In this document: positions 18,358-25,472 of the stretch, one piece after another
Position numbering within the stretch: position 1 is the first letter of the stretch
Layout: each line of letters starts with the position of its first letter
IMG/VR virus record: IMGVR_UViG_3300027808_000150
Span: 1 to 25,472 of that record
Reading direction: 5' to 3' (one strand)
DNA from: a virus
Lineage: Duplodnaviria; Caudoviricetes
Length of the DNA stretch: 25,472 nucleotides
Translations under genes and position numbers: made by a program
Notes under the pieces: model-generated
Told to the model about the DNA's origin: nothing
The model's database searches: none
Seen by the model: the letters and a program-made list of their open reading frames with translations, nothing else

Positions 18358-18684
18358 ATGGCAAATACATTTAAAAATCAACTACAAGCAGCAGTCGGAA
18401 CATCACCAGCAACCATTTATACTGCTGGTGCCAATGTGTCGACCACAGTTATTGGTATGACTATTGCAAACATACTAAACACAACCATAACAGCCAATGT
18501 GATATTGAATTCTGGTGGTTCAGACTACTATATGGTTAAGATGGCTGAGATTGAACCTGGCAATTCTTTAATCACTATCGGCGGTGAACAGAAATTAGTA
18601 ATGAGAGCCAACGATGTTCTAAAAGTTTCAACAAGTAATGCTTCAGCAGCTGATGTTATTGTGAGTTTATTGGAAATAACATAA
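18358..18684 (+). CDS. Small conserved phage adaptor-like protein (MANTFK family)
   Basis: 108 aa, all-beta pattern MANTFKN......T....IYT......VIG..IAN...KLV....D.L.V.......DV.VS.LEIT, recalled from fibre clusters of aquatic phages. Confidence 0.7.
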   Translation: MANTFKNQLQAAVGTSPATIYTAGANVSTTVIGMTIANILNTTITANVILNSGGSDYYMVKMAEIEPGNSLITIGGEQKLVMRANDVLKVSTSNASAADVIVSLLEIT

Positions 18685-18685
18685 C

Positions 18686-20857
18686 ATGGAATTTACTTAC
18701 ATTGGCAACCAAAATAAGAAGGATGTAAGGTTAACCGGTTCATTTGCTAATGGTGCATTTGTAACTGCTAACTCAGCAGCCTCTTTTGCTAATGCGGCCT
18801 TCGATAGGGCCAATGCGGCCTTCTTACAGGCGAATACTAGTGGTGGTGGAGGCAGTAGTACACCAGTAACAATTTATTCTGATGTGTTTACTGCCAATGG
18901 TAATACGTCAACATTCAATTTAAGTACATCACCGGAAGATGAAAATTATATAATTGCAGTAGTCGATGGTATTACTCAATTAAGAAGTACGTATACTGTT
19001 ACAGGTAACGTGGTCACTTTTGATAGTGCATTTGATAATGGAGCCAACGTTGAAATAACAACCATCACTGGCGGCGGTGAAAGTCCATATGCAGCCAACC
19101 ACGCCAATTTGGCATATGCACAGGCAAATGCTGCCTTCACGCAGGCAAATAATTCTACTGATACATGGGTAAGAACACAAGCTAACAGTGCGTTTGACAA
19201 AGCAAACTCGGCAGGTTCATTTGCTAATAGTTCTTTTGTAACTGCCAATGCAAGTTATGACCAAGCAAACACAGGTGCTTTATTTGCAAATGGTGCCTTC
19301 ATAACAGCCAATTCTGGTGCATCATTTGCCAATGGTGCTTTCGATAGAGCCAATGCTGCTTATGCACAGGCTAATAATTCTACTGATACTTGGGTTAGGA
19401 CTCAGGCCAATAATGCATACGATACGGCAAACTCGGCTCAAACATTTGCTAACGCAGCATTTATAACAGCAAACTCTGCGGCAAGTTTTGCTAACGGTGC
19501 TTATGCGGCCGCAAACTTAAAATTTAATACATCAGGTGGTACAATTTCTGGTGATGTTTCCATTACAGGAAATCTAAGTATATTAGGTAATGCATTCAGC
19601 ACTAGTGCAACTCAAATTGTTGCAAATGATACACTCTTTATTATGGGTACAGGAAACTATTCAGGTGATGTACTTGATATTGGTTTTTCATCTCATTACA
19701 ACGATGGTACCAATGCACACACAGGTATAATTCGAGATGCTGGCACCAAAGAATGGCATGTGTTTGAAGGTTATACACCTGAGGTTGGTGCAAACAATAG
19801 TATTGATATTAATCATGCATCATTTAAGATTGCAACACTTCAAGCAAATTTAAAATCAACAACCATAACGATTAAAGGTATAGATTTATTACCTTATGTT
19901 AATAATGCATATGCAACGGCCAACTCTGGTGCATCCTTTGCTAACTCAGCATTCATTACAGCCAATGCATCATATGAATCCCAGAATACCACAGCATCGT
20001 TTGCTAACGGTGCTTTCATTACAGCTAATGCGGCATTCAATGCAGCGAACAATGCAACCGATCCGTGGGTAAGAAATCAGGCTAACAACTCTTACAATAC
20101 AGCTAACGGAGCATTTGTAACAGCCAATTCTGCTGCATCATTTGCCAATGGTGCTTTCGATAGAGCCAATGCTGCTTATGCAGCTGCAAATACGGGTAGT
20201 GGAGTAGGTGGTGTATTAACAAGTTTTGTTGATACATTTACTGCGAATGGTATATCCAACAACTTCACATTATCAACAACACCAACGAATAAAAATATTA
20301 CGTTTGTGTCTATACAAGGTGTATTACAACCAAAAGAAAGTTATAATATATCTGGTACCATATTAACATTTGATTCCACTCCACCAAATACAGCTTTTAT
20401 TGAAATAACAACTTTGAATGGTGCATCTGATAATGCTGCCTTTATTGCAGCCAATGCTGCCTTTATTACAGCCAATTCTGGTGCATCATTTGCTAACGCA
20501 GCATTTATACAGGCTAATGCTGCATTCACTCAAGCAAATACTGCTTCAATAAGATACATCACTTTAAATGAAACTGGTAATATTGTCATAAAAACCGGAA
20601 CAGTAAGATTTTATCCGCCTAGTAATATAGCTATAAATAATGTATACGCTAGTTTGAGCACCACATCAGCAAACACTTTTACTTTCGAGGTAGTTAAAAA
20701 CGGGTCAGTAGTAGGAACATACAACATAGACTCTAACACAAATAAAATGACCGTAGCGGCAGCAAATATTAATTTAACTTCAAACGATTACTTAACAGTA
20801 AATATTACTAATGGGTCACAAGCAAGTGATTTAAGAATTGACTTAGAGTATAAATAG
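18686..20857 (+). CDS. Multi-domain fibre protein with AN-heptad stalks, two FTANG...F.L beta-domains and a C-terminal beta-sandwich
   Basis: 723 aa. YIGN start. Duplicated domain at about 18887-19066 and 20237-20416. DIGF...YNDG module shared with the 638-aa gene. Confidence 0.75.
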   Translation: MEFTYIGNQNKKDVRLTGSFANGAFVTANSAASFANAAFDRANAAFLQANTSGGGGSSTPVTIYSDVFTANGNTSTFNLSTSPEDENYIIAVVDGITQLRSTYTVTGNVVTFDSAFDNGANVEITTITGGGESPYAANHANLAYAQANAAFTQANNSTDTWVRTQANSAFDKANSAGSFANSSFVTANASYDQANTGALFANGAFITANSGASFANGAFDRANAAYAQANNSTDTWVRTQANNAYDTANSAQTFANAAFITANSAASFANGAYAAANLKFNTSGGTISGDVSITGNLSILGNAFSTSATQIVANDTLFIMGTGNYSGDVLDIGFSSHYNDGTNAHTGIIRDAGTKEWHVFEGYTPEVGANNSIDINHASFKIATLQANLKSTTITIKGIDLLPYVNNAYATANSGASFANSAFITANASYESQNTTASFANGAFITANAAFNAANNATDPWVRNQANNSYNTANGAFVTANSAASFANGAFDRANAAYAAANTGSGVGGVLTSFVDTFTANGISNNFTLSTTPTNKNITFVSIQGVLQPKESYNISGTILTFDSTPPNTAFIEITTLNGASDNAAFIAANAAFITANSGASFANAAFIQANAAFTQANTASIRYITLNETGNIVIKTGTVRFYPPSNIAINNVYASLSTTSANTFTFEVVKNGSVVGTYNIDSNTNKMTVAAANINLTSNDYLTVNITNGSQASDLRIDLEYK

Positions 20858-20877
20858 AGTATAAATAGAGTATAAAT
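20844..20877 (+). promoter_or_regulatory. Triplicated 11-bp unit TAGAGTATAAA carrying T4 late promoter boxes
   Basis: TATAAATA at 20849-20856 and 20860-20867, and TATAAATG at 20871-20878. Confidence 0.75.
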
Positions 20878-20901
20878 GTTAAATAAAACAAAGGTATTTT
20901 T

Positions 20902-21225
20902 ATGGATTTTATAAAAATTTTTTACAATGGTTTACCTGCAAAAGTTTATAAACTTTTGTCAAGTATTCCTAATAACATTGAAAGTGATGTAGAAAGATTT
21001 AGTTATATACATAACCTTTTATCTGTTGATTTAGGTATTGAATCTAATGTATTGTTTGGATCAATTTCGGATATACAAGGACTTTGTTATTTTTATACAG
21101 AACAACACAAATTAAATTTGATTTCTAATGAAAATTTTGAATTAGTATTTGACACGGACAGTATGATTGTAAAAGAAACATTAACTGAATTTAGTGAAGA
21201 AACTCAAGAAACTCAAGGAATATAA
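20902..21225 (+). CDS. Hypothetical acidic protein (AT-rich)
   Basis: 107 aa. RBS AAGGT. Downstream of the triplicated promoter and 2 nt from the next start. No recognised domain. Confidence 0.6.
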   Translation: MDFIKIFYNGLPAKVYKLLSSIPNNIESDVERFSYIHNLLSVDLGIESNVLFGSISDIQGLCYFYTEQHKLNLISNENFELVFDTDSMIVKETLTEFSEETQETQGI

Positions 21226-21227
21226 TA

Positions 21228-22121
21228 ATGTATGTGAAGTATAGAATCTCATCAAACACCGTTACTGCAAATGTAATATCCGATATTACAGGTATTATTG
21301 GTGGAACAATAACACAAGCGAATCAGCTGAGTGCTGGTGCTTCAGGAAATACTATTTTTTCCGGTAACTATCCTAGTGGTACAATATATACAGTTTCTTT
21401 TACGGATGATGCCACAGCTTCGGTTATAAGTAAAAAAAATCATGCAAACACGTCATATCAATCATACATTTTATTAAGTGGTTCAACTGATACAACTTTT
21501 GGAGTAGGTATTAATGCAACTGCATGTGGATTAGGTAAAGACTGGAGTTCAGGATCAACAATTACTAATAGCACAACAGGTTTCTCAGATACAGTTTTAC
21601 ATTTAAAACAATATATTCCAACGGCGGACAAACCAGAAGAACTAATTATTATAGTTACAAATAAATCTCTTATTTTAATACAATCCAATCATAATACTTG
21701 TATTGGATGGGTAGATATTACAACTAATGGTGTCGTTGAAAAATATACAACAAGCATGAGAACTATTTTATGTAATTTTACCACTAGTAATGCTAAAGTT
21801 CCATATACATATAAATTATTAGGTGCATTATCCAGTTATGGATTAACAAATTATACTAAAATATTTAATGCTGCGCCTTTTACATCAACACCAGATGCAC
21901 CAATAATATCAGCAATATCTTTTTTAGCATTTGATGAAAATCGTACTCCAGTAATTATTGAAAATCCAGCGCTTGTATGTAATCCTAATGCAGGAAATTA
22001 TGTAAACTTCTTATATGGTGTGGTATCTATTCCTCCTGGACTTTTAAAAAGTAAATCACTATATAATACAAGTGGTGTAAATAGAATTTCTTTTAGTAAT
22101 TTTGCTTTTGTAACAGAATAG
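21228..22121 (+). CDS. Hypothetical protein, probable virion/receptor-binding component
   Basis: 297 aa, S/T/N/I-rich and beta-like. Operon context only. Confidence 0.6.
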   Translation: MYVKYRISSNTVTANVISDITGIIGGTITQANQLSAGASGNTIFSGNYPSGTIYTVSFTDDATASVISKKNHANTSYQSYILLSGSTDTTFGVGINATACGLGKDWSSGSTITNSTTGFSDTVLHLKQYIPTADKPEELIIIVTNKSLILIQSNHNTCIGWVDITTNGVVEKYTTSMRTILCNFTTSNAKVPYTYKLLGALSSYGLTNYTKIFNAAPFTSTPDAPIISAISFLAFDENRTPVIIENPALVCNPNAGNYVNFLYGVVSIPPGLLKSKSLYNTSGVNRISFSNFAFVTE

Positions 22122-22131
22122 GAATAAAAAA

Positions 22132-23580
22132 ATGTTGATAAAATTTAGTATGCCTCGGGCTACCACTATGACAGACTTGTTATGGAATCTCATGCAAGCA
22201 GTTTTTGTAACAGCAACCACGGCCGCAAATACAACTCCTACTATTACTAGAGTTTCCACTAGCAATGTGGCCAATACACAAGCTTCGCTTCTTGGAGTTG
22301 GTCCAGGTTGTTTTATTGAAGAAGTTATTTCTAATACTGAATCTGGTGGATGGACTTTAGGCCCAAATAATAACTTTACTCAAAGTGTGGTGCCAGCTGC
22401 CACTGTGGGTTCATACATACTACATCTTCAGACTTCAAATGGAAAAGCCAATACTAAATATTTTGCCATTGGTTGTGGCGGGGTCGCTGCTGGCAGCGGT
22501 GGCGCCAGCGTTTGGAGTACGGGCACTCAGACTATTAATGACAACAACAATTCTTGGCCAAATTATGGTGTTTATGATGTTGGTTACGGAAGTTTACAGC
22601 GTATCCGGTCGATGGAGGGACTCAATGATGGTAGCTTTTTAGGATCGGACATTACACGAATTAGAAAATTAACCGCTGGGGCAGGTAACACTACATGGAG
22701 CAGAAATATTTCTGCGGCGTCACCTTTTTCTCTACAATACTTTGCAAACCGATACAGTGTCTCAAACTTTGACGCCGCAACTCGAACTCCATTTTATGTA
22801 GGCGCAACAGAAAATTATATTTTTTTAGTTCATGAAGGTGCAATTTGGTATTTTGGTACAAGAACCTCTCAGCCTTGGGAAGATGCCTATACTGATAACC
22901 CTTATTATGTTTCTTTTGGACATGCAGGTACAGCAGCAAACACAACTCATTCATATCATGAAACTTTTTCTAATCTAAATCATGTGTTAGGCCCGCCAGG
23001 AGTAGGAGTTATCAATAGGTCGTTTACACAAGCATTTAGTAGAACAATCAGCACAGCAAACACAAATTACACAAGTAGTCCACCAATGTTATATTATAAT
23101 ACGGTTGCTGGAAACCAGTTAGAAGCAAATAGTTTTTGGACAGTTTCGGGTAACCAAAACGCTTACGGTTCAGAAGGATTTGATGCAATTTCAATGCAAT
23201 TCGGCCGAGCCCAATCAACTGCTCTGGTTAACCTAAGGGCGAACTCAAATAATGCATTATTAGGAACACATATACATAATACTTGGGATCATTTCAATGC
23301 GCCGTTTGATGGACCAAGCTTTGATACTACTACAGGTCTTATGGTGCCAACAATATATCCAATTAATTTTAGTGTTTCTGGAAATAGTGTTAATTCAGGT
23401 GGAAATTCAGGTGGTAGAGCACTGGGTATATACAAAGGACAACTTGGCATTGCTAACAACAGTCCTTTACTTAATTTAGCATCTTATATAATTGACGGAT
23501 CAAATTATATACCAGTATTTGTTGGTAATTCCATGTTTCATTCTGCAAACACAGACTTATATTTTATAAGAGCAGCTTAA
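22132..23580 (+). CDS. Hypothetical protein, probable virion/receptor-binding component
   Basis: 482 aa, rich in G/S/T/N and aromatics. RBS AGGA. Overall layout loosely resembles the upstream 297-aa protein. Confidence 0.65.
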   Translation: MLIKFSMPRATTMTDLLWNLMQAVFVTATTAANTTPTITRVSTSNVANTQASLLGVGPGCFIEEVISNTESGGWTLGPNNNFTQSVVPAATVGSYILHLQTSNGKANTKYFAIGCGGVAAGSGGASVWSTGTQTINDNNNSWPNYGVYDVGYGSLQRIRSMEGLNDGSFLGSDITRIRKLTAGAGNTTWSRNISAASPFSLQYFANRYSVSNFDAATRTPFYVGATENYIFLVHEGAIWYFGTRTSQPWEDAYTDNPYYVSFGHAGTAANTTHSYHETFSNLNHVLGPPGVGVINRSFTQAFSRTISTANTNYTSSPPMLYYNTVAGNQLEANSFWTVSGNQNAYGSEGFDAISMQFGRAQSTALVNLRANSNNALLGTHIHNTWDHFNAPFDGPSFDTTTGLMVPTIYPINFSVSGNSVNSGGNSGGRALGIYKGQLGIANNSPLLNLASYIIDGSNYIPVFVGNSMFHSANTDLYFIRAA

Positions 23581-23614
23581 TCATAAAACAAATTTTTAGT
23601 TATATAAAAATAAC

Positions 23615-24031
23615 ATGGCAATTTTATCATCGAATAAAAGGTCAATTGGTTTTAGTACTTCACCAATTAATCAAAGCAATAATATAGTTCTAGCAGATAC
23701 TACTAATGTTGCATCAAATGAATTACCTTTAAATCAATTAATAAATTTAACTACTTTTAACAAAATAAAGTCAATTGGTTTTAGTACTTCACCAATTAAT
23801 CAAAGCAATAATATAGTTCTAGCAGATACCACTAATGTTGTATCGAATGAATTACCTTTAAATCAATTAATAAATTTAACTACTTTTAACAAAATAAAGT
23901 TTATTAATCTTGAACAACCAATAGCTTTTGGTTCTCACACAGCACAGCAAGCAAATTCATTTATAATTAATGCATCTAGTACACCAAGCGTTCAAAGTAG
24001 TACTAGTAGTACTTTTTGGACAATAGGTTAA
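23615..24031 (+). CDS. Hypothetical protein with an internal 43-aa duplication
   Basis: 138 aa. In-frame 129-bp duplication. S/T-rich tail ending TFWTIG. Confidence 0.55.
   Translation: MAILSSNKRSIGFSTSPINQSNNIVLADTTNVASNELPLNQLINLTTFNKIKSIGFSTSPINQSNNIVLADTTNVVSNELPLNQLINLTTFNKIKFINLEQPIAFGSHTAQQANSFIINASSTPSVQSSTSSTFWTIG
23641..23900 (+). repeat. Direct tandem duplication, 2 x 129 bp
   Basis: 23641-23769 vs 23770-23898, with 3 mismatches by manual comparison (act/acc, gca/gta, tca/tcg). Confidence 0.95.
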
Positions 24032-24055
24032 ATGAATTTGATTGCGGATTTTTGC

Positions 24056-24063
24056 CATAAATA
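24056..24063 (+). promoter_or_regulatory. T4-type late promoter (CATAAATA)
   Basis: Intergenic, 27 nt before the ATG at 24091. Confidence 0.6.
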
Positions 24064-24090
24064 TAATTATAAAATAAAAAAAAATAGAAG

Positions 24091-25472
24091 ATGGCATTAT
24101 TAAAAATTAAACCGTTTATTATAGATGATACAACTGCAAACGATGCATTTGTACAGGCTAATGCTGCTTTTTTACAGGCAAATTCTGCGGCATCTTTTGC
24201 TAACGGTGCTTTTGATAGAGCTAATTCTGGTTATGATGTTGCAAATACAGGTTCATCATTCGCTAACGGTGCTTTTGGCCAAGCAAACTCGGCCTCATCT
24301 TTTGCTAATGGTGCATTTTTAGTTGCAAATTCTGGTGCATCATTTGCCAATTCATCGTTCATAACAGCGAATTCATCATACGCATCACAAAATACTACAG
24401 CAACCTTTGCTAATGCGGCCTTTGATGCCGCTAATGCGGCTTTTAGTCAATCCAATACTAGTGCATCATTTGCCAATGGTGCATTTGATAGAGCTAATGC
24501 TGCTTATGCACAGGCTAATAATTCCACAGATACATGGGTAAGAACACAGGCTAATACTGCATACGATACGGCAAATTCTGCGGCATCTTTTGCTAATGGT
24601 GCTTTTGGCCAAGCAAACTCGGCCGCAAGTTTTGCTAACGGTGCTTTTATTACCGCAAACACAGCATACAATTGGGGCAATCACGCTTCCGCTGGATATG
24701 CAACAACAATTTATGTTAGTGGTGAGATTGCAAACCTTGTAAATTCAGCACCTGTAACATTAGATACACTAAATGAATTGGCAGCTGCATTAGGAAATGA
24801 TGCAAATTTTAGTACCACGATTACAACTACATTAGGTGTAACAAATTCATTTGCCAACGGTGCTTTTTTAAGAGCTAATGCATCCTATATCGCACAAAAT
24901 ACCACAGCAAGTTTTGCTAATGGTGCTTTTGATAGAGCCAATTCAGCAGCATCATTTGCTAACGGAGCATTTGACCGTGCAAATGCGGCTTATGCACAGG
25001 CAAATACTGGTGGTGGCGCTGATACATGGGCTAGAGACCAAGCCAATGCAGCCTTCATAACAGCCAATGCATCTTATGTTGCACAAAATACAACTGCGTT
25101 ATTCGCTAATGGTGCTTTCGATGCAGCCAACTCTGGTGCATCGTTTGCCAATGTGGCCTTTAGTCATGCTAATGCGGCATTTGCTCAGGCAAATACAGGT
25201 TCTGGTGACGCATGGGTTAGAGACCAAGCAAATGCAGGATTCTTGCAAGCCAACTCGTCTTATACTGCACAAAATACCACAGCAAGTTTTGCTAATGGTG
25301 CTTTTGATAGAGCCAATTCAGCAGCATCGTTTGCTAACGGAGCATTTGTAACAGCCAATTCATCAGCATTGTTTGCCAATGTGGCCTTTAGTCATGCTAA
25401 TGCGGCATTTGCTGCAGCAAATACTGGCGGAGGCGGCAGTGGTTCTTCTGTTACTGTTGGTTCAACACCACC
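24091..25472 (+). CDS. Fibre protein with AN-heptad repeats, 3'-truncated (absent from the ORF track)
   Basis: Manual translation from ATG 24091 gives MALLKIKPFIIDDTTANDAFVQANAAFLQANSAASFANGAFDR..., open to the window end (at least 460 codons). Contains the tail-fibre motif IANLVNSAPVTLDTLNELAAALGNDANF at about 24727-24810. Confidence 0.88.
   Translation, partial: MALLKIKPFIIDDTTANDAFVQANAAFLQANSAASFANGAFDRANSGYDVANTGSSFANGAFGQANSASSFANGAFLVANSGASFANSSFITANSSYASQNTTATFANAAFDAANAAFSQSNTSASFANGAFDRANAAYAQANNSTDTWVRTQANTAYDTANSAASFANGAFGQANSAASFANGAFITANTAYNWGNHASAGYATTIYVSGEIANLVNSAPVTLDTLNELAAALGNDANFSTTITTTLGVTNSFANGAFLRANASYIAQNTTASFANGAFDRANSAASFANGAFDRANAAYAQANTGGGADTWARDQANAAFITANASYVAQNTTALFANGAFDAANSGASFANVAFSHANAAFAQANTGSGDAWVRDQANAGFLQANSSYTAQNTTASFANGAFDRANSAASFANGAFVTANSSALFANVAFSHANAAFAAANTGGGGSGSSVTVGSTP

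Noticed and set aside
17672-18370. 232-aa minus-strand ORF with LANxAPELA repeats, and the other minus-strand or nested ORFs in the track
   Set aside because: They are antisense or alternate-frame shadows of repetitive plus-strand genes, with no independent motifs. The real genes tile the plus strand tightly.
810-20639. Intragenic NATAAATA boxes (810, 7490, 12626, 20632)
   Set aside because: Expected by chance in AT-rich coding DNA (Ile-Asn codons). Those at 810 and 7490 could be real but cannot be supported.
24076-24084. A9 tract (also A8 tracts near 16594 and 21432) as phase-variation or frameshift sites
   Set aside because: Unremarkable in AT-rich DNA, and no broken reading frame needs explaining.
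1-25472. Alternative genetic code or stop-codon readthrough
   Set aside because: Genes are long and contiguous under the standard code, and TAA, TAG and TGA all end genes at plausible boundaries.

Overview
This window is a single-strand (+), densely packed late structural module of a large T4-like (Tevenvirinae/Kyanoviridae-type) phage. It holds the 3' part of baseplate wedge gp8, a 2113-aa DUF4815/VrlC-like virion protein, and a long run of fibre/adaptor genes. These include an S74-chaperone fibre, a fibre with a miniature gp10-like C-terminus, three proteins starting with an Mtd_N-like domain, and four proteins carrying 'AN-x-A-x-x-x' heptad repeats, one with an inserted type-1 copper (cupredoxin-like) domain. 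An AT-rich four-gene cassette lies between T4-type late-promoter motifs, and a final fibre gene missing from the ORF track runs off the right edge. The most interesting pattern is that short conserved termini recur in matched neighbouring pairs: C-terminal D-x-G-x-F before an Mtd_N-like N-terminus, and C-terminal IAF before a MANTFK adaptor before a YIGN start. This suggests a plug-and-socket code for building chained or branched fibres. All family assignments are from recalled motifs, not database searches. No RNA genes, CRISPR, integrase or reverse transcriptase were seen.
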